A stretch of 64,000 bases of DNA from Phycisphaerae bacterium (GTDB lineage: Bacteria > Planctomycetota > Phycisphaerae > UBA1845 > PWPN01), in the NCBI GenBank assembly GCA_012729395.1, contig JAAYDF010000229.1, forward strand, positions 299 to 64,298, read 5' to 3'. The notes under the pieces are model-generated. The model was not told the origin of the DNA. It saw nothing but the letters and a program-made list of their open reading frames with translations, and made no database searches. Numbering within the stretch: position 1 is the first letter of the stretch; each line of letters begins with the position of its first letter. Position numbers and translations under genes: made by a program. Shown piece by piece: positions 28,700 to 39,093 of this stretch.

Positions 28700-30079
28700 C
28701 TACTCATAACGAAGCGCCTCAATCGGATCGAGCCGCGAGGCCTTCCAGGCGGGGTAGTAACCGAACATTATACCGACGCTCGCGGAGACTAACACCGCCG
28801 AGATGATGGCTCCCACGGACAGTTCGGTCGGCCAGCCGAGCAGCATGCGCACCAGCGTCGAGGCCCCTCGCCCCAAGGCGATTCCGAACGCACCGCCCAG
28901 CAGACACAGAACCAGCGACTCGACCAGAAACTGCCGAAGAATATCGCGAGGCTGGGCGCCGACGGCCATGCGCAGCCCGATCTCGCGGGTTCGTTCGGTC
29001 ACCGACACCAGCATGATGTTCATGATCCCCACTCCGCCGACGATCAGCGAGATGGTCGCCACGCAAAGCAGCAGGTTGGTCATCAGCGAGGTCGTCGAGG
29101 TCAACATGTTGCTCATCTCGGTCATATCGCGGACCTGGAAATCGTTGGCATCGCCTGCGCCGAGACGGTGACGCCGGCGAAGCACCTCGGTTATCTCGGA
29201 GATGGCAGCGGAAATCGACTGCGGGTTTTGGGCAACGGCCAGGATCTGATCCACATTGGTGAACCTGACCGGCATGGGGTTATTCGCCGCCTGAACCTCC
29301 GACCGCTCCGGGTACAGGCTTGTCTGACCGCTGGGATACAGGTTGCTCAGTGTGTTGACCGAACTGCTGCTCGAGCTGCTGCTGATGCTCTGATTGCCCG
29401 ATTGCAGCATCGAGCCGGTCACCCGGTACTTGATGGTGGACCACGGAGCAAGAACGATGTCGTCTTGATCCATGCCCATCATGTTGGCTCCCTTGCTCTT
29501 GAGGACTCCGACGACTCGAAAGGTCACGTTGTTGAGCCGGATCTCCTGCCCGATAGGCGATTGCCCCTGAAACAACTCGCGGGCCACCGTCCTGCCGATG
29601 ACGCAAACGCGGTTGCGATTGAGGATGTCCCGTTCGGTAAACAGCTCGCCCTCGGCCAGTTGGCCCCACTGCCTGACCTCGAGAAAGGCTGCCGTCGTCC
29701 CGTAGATCGAATTGGGCTCCCAGTTGCGGCTGCCGCGCACGATCTGAGTACGGGCCCGGACCACCGGGGCAGCCGTGCGTACCGCGGGACATTCGCGAAG
29801 AATGGCGTCGCAGTCATCGGGGGTCAGCGTGATCATGCTGCCGGCGCCCAGGGTCACCCCGGCCGACGACATGGCCCCGGGCATGATGAGCAGCACGTTA
29901 GCTCCCATGCTGGATATGCCCTTCTGGATCTGCGAAGACGAGCCCGCCCCGATCTCCATCATCGCGATGACCGCCCCCACGCCGATCACGATGCCCAGGG
30001 TCGTCAGCGTCGCCCGCATGGGATTACGCCGCAGAGCCCGCAAGGCCGTTCGGATGGTTCGCAGGATTCTCATATGCAA
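28700..30079 (-). CDS. MacB-family ABC permease
   Basis: LTTLGIVIGV, GGVGIMNIMLVSVTERTREIGLRMAVGA, DPIEALRYE. Confidence 0.93.
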   Translation of the reverse strand: MHMRILRTIRTALRALRRNPMRATLTTLGIVIGVGAVIAMMEIGAGSSSQIQKGISSMGANVLLIMPGAMSSAGVTLGAGSMITLTPDDCDAILRECPAVRTAAPVVRARTQIVRGSRNWEPNSIYGTTAAFLEVRQWGQLAEGELFTERDILNRNRVCVIGRTVARELFQGQSPIGQEIRLNNVTFRVVGVLKSKGANMMGMDQDDIVLAPWSTIKYRVTGSMLQSGNQSISSSSSSSSVNTLSNLYPSGQTSLYPERSEVQAANNPMPVRFTNVDQILAVAQNPQSISAAISEITEVLRRRHRLGAGDANDFQVRDMTEMSNMLTSTTSLMTNLLLCVATISLIVGGVGIMNIMLVSVTERTREIGLRMAVGAQPRDILRQFLVESLVLCLLGGAFGIALGRGASTLVRMLLGWPTELSVGAIISAVLVSASVGIMFGYYPAWKASRLDPIEALRYE

Positions 30080-30819
30080 GCTCCGACCTCTACGTACTCC
30101 GCCGACAAAGCCCGCCGCTCCTGCTCATCCACCGACGGAGATCCGTCCGAGATCGTGCCGTCGCTGATGTGGATGACCCGCTTGGCGAACTTGGCGACGT
30201 TGGCATCGTGCGTCACCAGGATGATCGTCAGACCCTCTTGCTCGTTGAGTTGCTGCAAGATGCGAAGCACATCGACACTGGTTCGCGAATCGAGGTTCCC
30301 GGTCGGCTCATCGGCGAACAGCAGGGGCGGACGATTGACCAAAGCGCGGGCGATGGCCACCCGCTGCTGTTGACCGCCGGACAACTGAGAGGGCTCGTGG
30401 TGCAACCGGTCCTCGAGTCCGAATCGGCACAGCATCTCCCGTGCACGCCGCCGGGCCTCGCGCTCCGACAGATTGTCCGCTGTATAGGACAGAGGCATGG
30501 CCACGTTATCCAAGGCGCTTGTGCGCGGCAGCAGATTGAAGTTCTGAAACACGAAACCGATCCTCCGGTTCCGCTCAATCGCACGCTGGGCCACCGATAG
30601 CGTCGAAACCTCCTTGCCGTCGAGCCAGTACTGACCGGAACTCGGGCGATCCAGACAACCCAGAATGTTCATCAACGTGCTCTTGCCCGAGCCGGACGCA
30701 CCCATCAGAGCGACCAGCTCACCGCTCTCGACAGTAAGGGAGACGTTCCGCAGCACCGGCACGCTGATCTCGCCGATGTGGTACGTCTTGCAGACATCTT
30801 GAAGTCGGATCATTGCCAT
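30070..30819 (-). CDS. MacB/LolD-family ABC ATP-binding protein
   Basis: GASGSGKST, LSGGQQQRV, ADEPTGNLD, VTHD. Confidence 0.94.
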   Translation of the reverse strand: MAMIRLQDVCKTYHIGEISVPVLRNVSLTVESGELVALMGASGSGKSTLMNILGCLDRPSSGQYWLDGKEVSTLSVAQRAIERNRRIGFVFQNFNLLPRTSALDNVAMPLSYTADNLSEREARRRAREMLCRFGLEDRLHHEPSQLSGGQQQRVAIARALVNRPPLLFADEPTGNLDSRTSVDVLRILQQLNEQEGLTIILVTHDANVAKFAKRVIHISDGTISDGSPSVDEQERRALSAEYVEVGACI

Positions 30820-30849
30820 TGCTCATACTCGCCACATGGGGAGACTCAC

Positions 30850-32199
30850 TCACATCGGCGGCGGCGGACCGCCCTTGCCCCTGTTGGGCGGCTTCGGCAG
30901 GAACGGATTGCTGCTGACGGTGGCGGCGGCGGCCTCGGCCTCTTCCTGGCCCGTCACGACCTTCATCCCCGCAACCACTCCCTCGCCCTGGACCTCCGTC
31001 ATGACATCATCCGTCAGCCCCACTCGGACGAACACAGGTTTCACATACGGCCCATCAGGCGTCCAGAGCACGGCATCCGTCGCTTGGCCATCCTCGCAAG
31101 ACCCCGTTTCCGACTTGTCCGCCCGGCGGCCGCCTTCCGCCGCCTGCCCCTCAGGTCCCTTTCGGGACTCAGGCGATACCTGCGCCGCCGTCGGCGTCCA
31201 CCTCAAGGCGGCGTTGGGCACCCTGAGCACGTCGTCATGACGAGCCAGCTCGAATCGAACGTTCGCTGTGAGGTACGGCAGCAACCGACCGTTGGGGTTG
31301 TCCGCCACGACCTCCACCGTGTAGGTGACCACGTTCTGGGTCATTGAGGCGTTCAGGCGAATCTTGCCCACCTGCCCGCGGAACGATTCGCCGGGAAACG
31401 CGTCCACCGTGAAGGTCACCGCCTGGCCCGGATGCAGCCGGCCGATATCCGCCTCGTTGACCGCGACCCACACCTGAATGCGGGTCAGATCCTTGGCGAT
31501 CAGGAAAAGGCTTGGAGCGTTCAGGCTGGCCACGACTGTCTGCCCAATGTTCACCCGGCGATCGATGATCACCCCCTTCACTGGAGAGTTGATCGTGGTG
31601 TATCCCAGATTCCGCTTCGCCCGGAGCAACGTACCCTCGGCCTGGGCTAGATTGCCCCGAGCCTGCACGATCGCCGCCTCGCCCATCGCGACGTTCGCCA
31701 GGGCCACATCATAGGCCGTCTTGTGGTTGTCGTAGTCCGTCGCCGACAATGCCGACGACGGCCCCAGTTGCTCTGCTCGGTGCCAGTCTCGCTGGGCCTG
31801 CTCCGCCTTGGCTTTGAGCTGCTCCAACTCCGCCTCGGCACGCCGCAGCCCGCCCTGGGCGGACAACACCTGGGCCTCCGCCTGCGCCACCTCAGACGTG
31901 TAGAGAGCATCGTCGATCCGAGCGAGCACCGTGCCCGCTTCGACCGACGAGCCATAATCGACCACCTTGCCGTCAGCGTCTTGCCCAAACTCGAGGATCT
32001 GGCCGGCAACTTGCGCACCAACGTCGATCACCTCCTCCGGCTGCACCGTGCCGGTTGCGCTGATCGATACCACAAGATCGCCACGCTCCACTTCCGCCGT
32101 CCGGAACACCATCGTGGTTGTCTCGTCGCCTCGCCAGTACATCGCGCCGAAACCCGCGATCGCCCCAACCAGAATCAAAAGCACCAGTAGTTTCTTCAT
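30850..32199 (-). CDS. MacA/HlyD-family periplasmic adaptor subunit
   Basis: N-terminal TM, ATGTV, VGAQVAG, alpha-hairpin, SPVKGVII, GQTVVASLNAP, VPNAALR. Confidence 0.92.
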   Translation of the reverse strand: MKKLLVLLILVGAIAGFGAMYWRGDETTTMVFRTAEVERGDLVVSISATGTVQPEEVIDVGAQVAGQILEFGQDADGKVVDYGSSVEAGTVLARIDDALYTSEVAQAEAQVLSAQGGLRRAEAELEQLKAKAEQAQRDWHRAEQLGPSSALSATDYDNHKTAYDVALANVAMGEAAIVQARGNLAQAEGTLLRAKRNLGYTTINSPVKGVIIDRRVNIGQTVVASLNAPSLFLIAKDLTRIQVWVAVNEADIGRLHPGQAVTFTVDAFPGESFRGQVGKIRLNASMTQNVVTYTVEVVADNPNGRLLPYLTANVRFELARHDDVLRVPNAALRWTPTAAQVSPESRKGPEGQAAEGGRRADKSETGSCEDGQATDAVLWTPDGPYVKPVFVRVGLTDDVMTEVQGEGVVAGMKVVTGQEEAEAAAATVSSNPFLPKPPNRGKGGPPPPM

Positions 32200-32272
32200 G
32201 GCAAAGCCCAGCCACTACGCGCCTATTGCGTTCAGTTCAGGCCCACAGCCCGAGCCACGCGCTCCTACCCGA

Positions 32273-32306
32273 ATGATACGATGGTGAACCTTAAGCCGAG
32301 ATGAAG
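32273..32306 (-). promoter_or_regulatory. OmpR-type direct-repeat box and -10 element upstream of the exporter operon
   Basis: Minus strand CTTCAT-N5-CTTAAG-GTT, 8 nt, TATCAT; same layout as 34595-34628. Confidence 0.65.
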
Positions 32307-32444
32307 GACGCGCCGGCAAACACATTCGGGCATGTTCCCCCTCCCGCTTCGTCCAAGACAAGCCGTCTGGACCACACTCTGGAATCAGCAGAGAGCGTGT
32401 GTCGCCTCTACGAGTTCACAAATGCCTCGCCGCCCCGAGGGCGT

Positions 32445-33905
32445 TCAGCCCGTGGTGGACGGCGCGGCCAACGGAAGCCGCACTTCGAATGTCGTACCCC
32501 GGCCAAGCTCGCTGTGAAAGGTGATCGTGCCGTGGTGGGCCTCGACGATGGTCTTGCAGATCGCCAGCCCCAGTCCGCTGCCGCCTTCCTCGCGACTGCG
32601 GGCCTTGTCCACGCGGTAGAAACGCTCAAAAACGTGTGGTTGGTTCTCGGCGGGAATGCCCACTCCGGTGTCGGCAATCGTCAGCAACGCATGAGAGCCG
32701 TTGATGGCCAGTGAGACCTGGACCCGACCCTCGCTGCGATTGTAACGGATCGCGTTGGTCAGCAGGTTGGTGGTCACCTGGGCCAGCCGGGACGCGTCAG
32801 CCATCAGCTCCGCGGAACACAGATCCGCCTCGATACCGACATGCTTCGCTTCCGCCAAGGGGGCGACCATCGCGACGCAACCCTCCACGATCGTGCGAAG
32901 ATCCAGCGCCTCGCGCTTGAGCGTCAACCGCCCCGCGTCGGCACCCGCCAGAAGCAGCAGCGAGTCCACAAGGTCCTTCATCCGACTCGAGGCCCGCAGG
33001 CACGTCTCCAACGTCTTGCGGTACTCATCCGCCGAGCGGTCGCGGGACAACGCCAGTTGCACATGCGTGTGAATGACCGAGAGCGGCGTACGCAGCTCGT
33101 GCGAGGCATCGGCGGTGAAACGCACCTGATGCTGAAACGCCGCGTCCAACCGGGCGAACATCTCGTTCAGCACCCCCGCCAGGCTCCCGAGTTCACTCTG
33201 AATCTCGGCCGCCGCGATCCGCCGCGACAGGTTTGACGCCGAGATTTCCTGGGCCACCGCGGTGATGGTTTGGATTGGGCGAAGAACCCGGAGCGACACA
33301 ATCCATCCACCCATCAGCCCGATGACCAGAACGCCGCAACCGATCGCGCTCAACAGAAACGCCAACCGGCGCAACTCGATCTGCACCGGCCGGACCGACA
33401 TGCCCAGCAGGATTCGCGTTCCCAGCGGGCCGTTCACATATGCTTCGTGGAACTCGCTCCGTTTCCTGATTTGTGGAGGACTGGGCGCGCGAGGATGCGG
33501 ATACCACTGCGGCAACGTGCCGGGATAGCTCAATGTCGAGGCGACGCCCGCATGCGACGTCCGCATGATCCGTCCTTCGCGGTTCCAGATCACGTAGTAG
33601 TCGGCCCGAGACTGCCCAGAGCTGAATCGCGGAGCCAGGGCGGCAGGCACCTCGAACTCCGGCTCCAGCAGTCCATGCCACGGGTCACTTGACGCGGCCG
33701 CAACCTCCTCCGCCGCCGTTTCCGGCAAGCGAGGCGGATGAAACCCCGCGGCCAGCAACTGGACCGACCGCTCGAGGTCTGTGTCAAACTGCTGATATCG
33801 CGATCGCGAAATGGCATAGTGCGAGGCCACGCCAAACCCGATCAGCACGACCGCCAACAGGCATGCGTGCCACAGTTGAAGCGTCCATTGGATGGACCTA
33901 AACAT
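32445..33905 (-). CDS. sensor histidine kinase (CusS/QseC-like, HAMP)
   Basis: Two TM helices, HAMP, FTADASHELRTPL, NAIRY, FERFYR, GSGLGL; start ATG 33905 overlaps the regulator's stop. Confidence 0.92.
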   Translation of the reverse strand: MFRSIQWTLQLWHACLLAVVLIGFGVASHYAISRSRYQQFDTDLERSVQLLAAGFHPPRLPETAAEEVAAASSDPWHGLLEPEFEVPAALAPRFSSGQSRADYYVIWNREGRIMRTSHAGVASTLSYPGTLPQWYPHPRAPSPPQIRKRSEFHEAYVNGPLGTRILLGMSVRPVQIELRRLAFLLSAIGCGVLVIGLMGGWIVSLRVLRPIQTITAVAQEISASNLSRRIAAAEIQSELGSLAGVLNEMFARLDAAFQHQVRFTADASHELRTPLSVIHTHVQLALSRDRSADEYRKTLETCLRASSRMKDLVDSLLLLAGADAGRLTLKREALDLRTIVEGCVAMVAPLAEAKHVGIEADLCSAELMADASRLAQVTTNLLTNAIRYNRSEGRVQVSLAINGSHALLTIADTGVGIPAENQPHVFERFYRVDKARSREEGGSGLGLAICKTIVEAHHGTITFHSELGRGTTFEVRLPLAAPSTTG

Positions 33906-34551
33906 GCAGTTGATACCCCTCGCCCCGGCGTGTGGTGATGAAGTCCTTCCCCAGCTTCTTCCGGACATTGGCGACGTGCACATCGACCAGGTTCGACAGC
34001 GTGTCGCTCTCCTCGTCGAAAAGATGCTCATAGATCATGGTCCGCGTCACCAGCTTGCCCTTGTGCATCGCCAGCAACTCAACGAGGGCGTATTCCCGTG
34101 GCGTGAGCGACACCAACTGCCCCGCCTTGCGAACCGTCCGGTCGGCCGTGTCAATCACCACCTCGCCGATCTCGATCACCCCGCTCGCCTGACCAGCGCC
34201 CCGGCGAATCAACGCCCGGAGACGAGCGAGTAACTCCGGAAGCTCAAACGGCTTGGTCAGGTAGTCATCCGCCCCCGCATCGAGCCCGCGAACCCGGTCC
34301 GGCAACGTGTCCCGAGCGGTAAGAATCAGCACCGGCGTCGTCTTCCGCCTGCGCAGCTCACCCAACAGATCCCAGCCGCTCATGCCCGGCAGCATGAGGT
34401 CCAGTACAATCGCGTCGTACTCGTTGACCTTCGCCTTGAACAGGCCATCACGGCCATCCGAGGCCCCGTCCACCGCGTACCCTGCCTCGCGAAGCACCTG
34501 AACCAACGCATCCAGCAGATCAGGCTCGTCTTCAACCACCAGCACTCGCAT
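33898..34551 (-). CDS. OmpR-family response regulator
   Basis: MRVLVVEDE, LDLMLP, GADDYLTKPF, LTPREY, TRRGEGY. Confidence 0.94.
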   Translation of the reverse strand: MRVLVVEDEPDLLDALVQVLREAGYAVDGASDGRDGLFKAKVNEYDAIVLDLMLPGMSGWDLLGELRRRKTTPVLILTARDTLPDRVRGLDAGADDYLTKPFELPELLARLRALIRRGAGQASGVIEIGEVVIDTADRTVRKAGQLVSLTPREYALVELLAMHKGKLVTRTMIYEHLFDEESDTLSNLVDVHVANVRKKLGKDFITTRRGEGYQLHV

Positions 34552-34594
34552 GCGACGCCCCATGAGTCTCCATGACCTACCGTCCGACATGAGT

Positions 34595-34628
34595 AGGATA
34601 GCAAAGCTAACCTGAAGCCTGCGTGAAG
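34595..34628 (-). promoter_or_regulatory. OmpR-type direct-repeat box and -10 element upstream of the regulator (autoregulation)
   Basis: Minus strand CTTCAC-N5-CTTCAG-GTT, 8 nt, TATCCT. Confidence 0.65.
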
Positions 34629-34904
34629 ACCACCAGAAATCGGCTTGTCGCCGATCTCCCCCCGTCCGGAGCGGGGCCAGAGCGGTAGCCCATGGCCAGC
34701 CAGCAACCGAAGGCGGAGCCGCGACCGGAAGGAAGCGCTGATCGCCGGCACCGCCCGTTTGCGACAGTGGCTCTGCTTGGCAACCGGCGCCCGAGATTCC
34801 ATCACCGGCGGAAGACGGGAAGCGCCGCAAGGCAACGCCGTCATGGCAGTCCTGGAATCGCCGCACCACTTCCCTCAACGCCGCCCCGGGAATCCGCACC
34901 AAGC

Positions 34905-34941
34905 AAAAGGGATCCGCGCCCGTTGACGAGCGAGGATCCCT
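34905..34941 (-). terminator. intrinsic terminator after the PEP-CTERM gene
   Basis: Minus strand AGGGATCC-TCGCTCG...CGGGCG-CGGATCCC followed by TTTT. Confidence 0.6.
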
Positions 34942-35005
34942 CAGAGGGTTACGACGAGAGGCGGATAGTCAACGCCTCATTGTTGATTCAGAAACCAGGT
35001 CACGG

Positions 35006-35785
35006 TCAGGCTGCCCGGCGACGCCGACGGGCCACCACCATTCCGCCCAGTGCTAACAGGCAGATGGACGCCGGCTCGGGGACAATCACGAACGCGCTGG
35101 TTCCGCTGGCTTGGTCACCCGGGCTGAGAATGAACTCGAACTCGCTTTCCATCATGTAAACCGTCGTGCCCAGATCGCTCCAACCCAGAGCGGGCAGCCG
35201 CTCAGTCATGCCCTGCCCAAAATCCGTGCTGAATTGCGCAACAAGGCTCGCAAAAGCGGTATTCGTCCACACTACAGGGTGCGTACCGTAACGCGCCTGG
35301 TAGAGCTTCTGATTCGGGAAGGTGCCGGCCGAAGTCAGTGAAGCGTTGGCCGGGCTACCCGCCCCGTCGGTCAGCGTCAGCGAAGCGGTAGCCCGGGCTT
35401 CCGCGTTCGGTATCCCATCGAACACCAACCGAGCCGCCTTGATGCTCACATACACCGGGTCGGTCATGCTACTGTTGGTCACCGCAAATCGCAGGTCAAC
35501 CTGGGGGTCAGCGTCGAACACCACACCCAGATCGCTGAAGACGGCCAGTTCCTGGCCCTCGTCTGCCATCACCAACCCCTGGATCGCCCACGGCAGCACT
35601 CCGCCAAAGCTCGCGACAGGAAACACCTCCGAGAAGGTGTCCGTATGCCCGCCACATGTAGCCGTGACCTCAATGATGCTGGCCGTGGCCGGGGACGCTC
35701 CACCCAACGCGGCCCCCGTGCAGACCAACACGCCCACAGCCGCCAACGCAACCCACCGCAACTGTGCAGACAATCCGTGAACCAT
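35006..35785 (-). CDS. PEP-CTERM surface protein
   Basis: Signal peptide; VPEPASICLLALGGMVVARRRRR; AAGGAGG RBS before ATG 35785. Confidence 0.9.
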   Translation of the reverse strand: MVHGLSAQLRWVALAAVGVLVCTGAALGGASPATASIIEVTATCGGHTDTFSEVFPVASFGGVLPWAIQGLVMADEGQELAVFSDLGVVFDADPQVDLRFAVTNSSMTDPVYVSIKAARLVFDGIPNAEARATASLTLTDGAGSPANASLTSAGTFPNQKLYQARYGTHPVVWTNTAFASLVAQFSTDFGQGMTERLPALGWSDLGTTVYMMESEFEFILSPGDQASGTSAFVIVPEPASICLLALGGMVVARRRRRAA

Positions 35786-36174
35786 GGAAACCCTCCTTAT
35801 GGTACCTCCCGAGCCCGCTCTATGTGCCCGGTCTTGACTTGATGCCACCCTCCAGCCGCGGCAACCCACCGCGATCTGCGAAGGCTATGTGTCTGGAAAG
35901 GCTGCTTGCTAGGCAGGGCCTTTCGCCTCCTTATCCGGCGAGTCTATCCGATGACGCATTGGATTGCAAGAGAAACAACGATATTCGTATCAGAGATCTT
36001 CTCGCGTCCGTCCATCCGCCTGGTTCATCCCCTGGCGCACATAACACATTGCGATACAATATCTTATGGAATCATAGACTCCTGTCATCCCTCGATCGAG
36101 GCTCGTCACGGCGACAAATCTACCTAAACATGTCCTCTTTTTCGGTCATCCAGAAACCCAGCCTGGAGCTTCAG

Positions 36175-38385
36175 CTATTCCTTTTCGCCTACCGCAAACC
36201 AAGTCGATTTGAGAACCGAGTAATCGAGGATATTCGCAACGCCATCCCCGTTGATATCCCCGATTCCCGCGATGCCCCAATGCGTCTTGAGCAGTGAGTA
36301 ATCGAGCACGTTCACCGAGTTGGATCCGTTGAGATCGCCGCCAAGCAGCACGAAGTCGATCGTTCCCTGCCCTTCCTCCGACAATGCCCCCTCCTGCCTT
36401 CGTCGCAAATGCCAGGCGGTCTTCGCACTCAATGCCGCGATGCCTGCCGGCACGTCCGTCAGAACGTAGGAGCCGCTGGCTACCTCTTCGTGGTTGGTGA
36501 AGTCGACACTGATCGTCCACGACTTCAGCACACCGCCCCCCTCGCCGCTGGCAACGAAGACCACGTCCCGCACGAAGCCGTAATCCACAGAGGAGTAGGT
36601 CGCCAGCCGCACCGTACCGGCCATCTGCCGGTCAAAACACAACACGCCGGCCAGCTCGGCGTTGTTCCCGGCACGGTCCCTCGCCATCCCTTGGATCATC
36701 CATTCGCCCGTCTCCGTATCCTCGTCGATGTTCACAACATAGTTGAACTGCCCCGCGGGATTCTCCCCCGAGTACGTAACCGGCAACGTGAGGTTCCCCT
36801 TGCCCGCCGACACGACAGGCGGCCCCTCCAGGCCGGCCAACAGATCAGCCGTCGTCACGGCAACCCGCACCTCGCCCTGGTGGGTCAAATGTGCGCAAGC
36901 CAACACATCGACCCCCACCCCGCCCTGCTCCTGCGTGGCCGCCAACGCGATCGTCGGCGGCGTGCCATCGACCACAATCGCCTGGCTATCCACCTTCCGA
37001 GGCAGAACCGTCAACCCCCATGTGTCCGCGAACATCGTGGTCCGCGTCAATCCGGGGTCCGGCGCAGGATCGGGACGGAAAACGAGCCGTGTCGTCCCCT
37101 CGCCTGTCGCAACCAAGCTGATCACCGCCGTCGTGGCGTCTTCTTGCGTCCCCAACTCGCCGGATTGCAGATCCACCCCGACCGCCATATCCAGGTCACC
37201 CTCCTCTTTGAGCACGCTGTAGATGACCTCGTTCCAGGGTGGAGCACCGGGAGCAACGTTCACGTCGCCGGGCGCCGTCGAGAAATGCGATGAACTGAAC
37301 GCCAAAAACGCCTGCAAGCCCGTGACCCGCTGAGCCAGGTTCAGGGCATCCAGATCCACAACGACCTGATCGCCCGGACGCACGTGGGCGGGATCTCCCT
37401 GCACGTTGAACCGTAATGTGTTGTGCTCCCAGGTCAGCCCTGCCTGCTGTGCGATCCAGCCCCCGGATGGGAACAGCATGATGCCCCCCCCGGCCGAGCC
37501 AAACATCGGAGCCGCGTAGGGTTGCCCGGTGAAACGAGCGATATAGGTGTTGATGCCCGCCAGCTTGTACGATCCGCCGTCCACAATGAAGGCCGGTCCG
37601 CCCGAGTCCCCGAAACCATAGGTCGTCTCGATCGCGTTTCCCAAGGTCAAATCGCCCAGGATGTTGGTGGCCTCGTCAGGACCGTCGAAATCGAAGACGA
37701 ACACCTCCGAAAACCCTCGGCCCTCGTCATCCAAAAAAGACACGTCGGCCACGTTTCGGCCCCATCGCTTGACGTATCCGTTTTCCATGAACCACGGGTG
37801 AAACCCAATATCCCCCCATCCGCTACGCCCATACCCCACGAACGTCAGCACGTCGCCCTGGGTCATTGGGCGGGCGAGGATGTCATAGATCGGCACGCCC
37901 TCCGGAATCGGTTCCTCCAACGTGAGCACCGCCAAATCGTCGTTGAGTGCCGGGCGAGAGAATCCGGAGAAATCCGGGTGAAGCTGGATCTCGCTCACGC
38001 CGAGCGTGTGCGTCAAGTCCCCGCCGAAGTTCAACGTGAACGTGACCTCCTCAGGAAGGTCGTCCGCGATGCCGTCGTTGTCCAAATCGATGACGTGGGC
38101 CGCTGTTAAAACGTGAAACCGGCTGATCGCCACACCCGTCGCCCGGAACGCGCCGTTCACCGCCAAACCGCCAACGCCCCCAAAGGGCGAAGTCACGTCG
38201 TTCGGGTCCACCCGATACGCCGGGTCGTCGGGCGGGGATACCAGATATCCCCCGGCCAGGAGAACCGCTTCCACATCATCCAGCAGAACATCCTCAGCCC
38301 GAAGAGGCTCCTCGCCCCCGGCGATCGCTCCTCCCAGAACACACCATGCGCACAGATACCTCAATACAAAACGTGAGTTGACCAT
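36175..38385 (-). CDS. secreted trypsin-like serine protease with cohesin-like, Ig-like, X-module-like and dockerin-like domains
   Basis: LTAAH, DDLAVL, GDSGGP triad; VRPGDQVVVDL..VTGLQAFLAF cohesin-like; DRAGN Ig; GDLNGSNSVNVLDY...GDINGDGVANILDY duplicated Ca loops. Confidence 0.85.
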   Translation of the reverse strand: MVNSRFVLRYLCAWCVLGGAIAGGEEPLRAEDVLLDDVEAVLLAGGYLVSPPDDPAYRVDPNDVTSPFGGVGGLAVNGAFRATGVAISRFHVLTAAHVIDLDNDGIADDLPEEVTFTLNFGGDLTHTLGVSEIQLHPDFSGFSRPALNDDLAVLTLEEPIPEGVPIYDILARPMTQGDVLTFVGYGRSGWGDIGFHPWFMENGYVKRWGRNVADVSFLDDEGRGFSEVFVFDFDGPDEATNILGDLTLGNAIETTYGFGDSGGPAFIVDGGSYKLAGINTYIARFTGQPYAAPMFGSAGGGIMLFPSGGWIAQQAGLTWEHNTLRFNVQGDPAHVRPGDQVVVDLDALNLAQRVTGLQAFLAFSSSHFSTAPGDVNVAPGAPPWNEVIYSVLKEEGDLDMAVGVDLQSGELGTQEDATTAVISLVATGEGTTRLVFRPDPAPDPGLTRTTMFADTWGLTVLPRKVDSQAIVVDGTPPTIALAATQEQGGVGVDVLACAHLTHQGEVRVAVTTADLLAGLEGPPVVSAGKGNLTLPVTYSGENPAGQFNYVVNIDEDTETGEWMIQGMARDRAGNNAELAGVLCFDRQMAGTVRLATYSSVDYGFVRDVVFVASGEGGGVLKSWTISVDFTNHEEVASGSYVLTDVPAGIAALSAKTAWHLRRRQEGALSEEGQGTIDFVLLGGDLNGSNSVNVLDYSLLKTHWGIAGIGDINGDGVANILDYSVLKSTWFAVGEKE

Positions 38386-38880
38386 CAGGTTAGCGCCTCT
38401 TTGCCCAGCGTTCCGTCGATACCCATCCGCCGGCACGCCCCGCTCACCCAGAATGCGGCTCAGCAGAACGCTCCGAGCAGCCCCCCTTGGAGTGGTGCTC
38501 CGACAGCCCCCATCTTGCTCAGGTTTTTTCTGATCTCTCGATAAGCATACCCGCCCCGGTAACGCTCTGCAAGCCGCCTGGTCGAAATCAGCCCCGTGAG
38601 TGATCCACGAACGATGGCAATCACCGTTTTTCCGGGTTGGCCGCTCCTGAGAGGTGGACCACAAGGTTATCTACCGCAGGGATTTGCCCATCCGACCCGG
38701 CGGCAGCCCCCCCGAACGCCCCCCCTCGACGTGCCGAGAGCTCCTGGTCCTTCGGCTTATCGCTCCCTCCCCGCAGAAGAGACTCTTCGCCCGCCTCTAT
38801 GGACCAACGCTCGGGCGGACAGCACTTCCTTGCCGCCACGAGGATCAGCGGGGGCTCTGGCGAAAACCGGACCCTGGCAC

Positions 38881-38908
38881 TTGACATCGGCGTCTCAAGT
38901 CATACATT
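38881..38908 (+). promoter_or_regulatory. sigma70-type promoter
   Basis: TTGACA-N16-TACATT upstream of the receiver gene. Confidence 0.5.
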
Positions 38909-39093
38909 GAGGCTAGCGCTGGGTTCTGCCCCAACCGGGCTAAACGCGTCGGACCGCCGTGGAGAAAGTAAACGTTACACGCGCCGACAAGCATTCCGGC
39001 CTGGCTCTCGTGCTGACAACTGGATCTGGCAAACACTAACGCAGCTTCGTACGCGGAAGGTCTGAGCGGCCGTCTGATGCAAGGGCCACGCTC

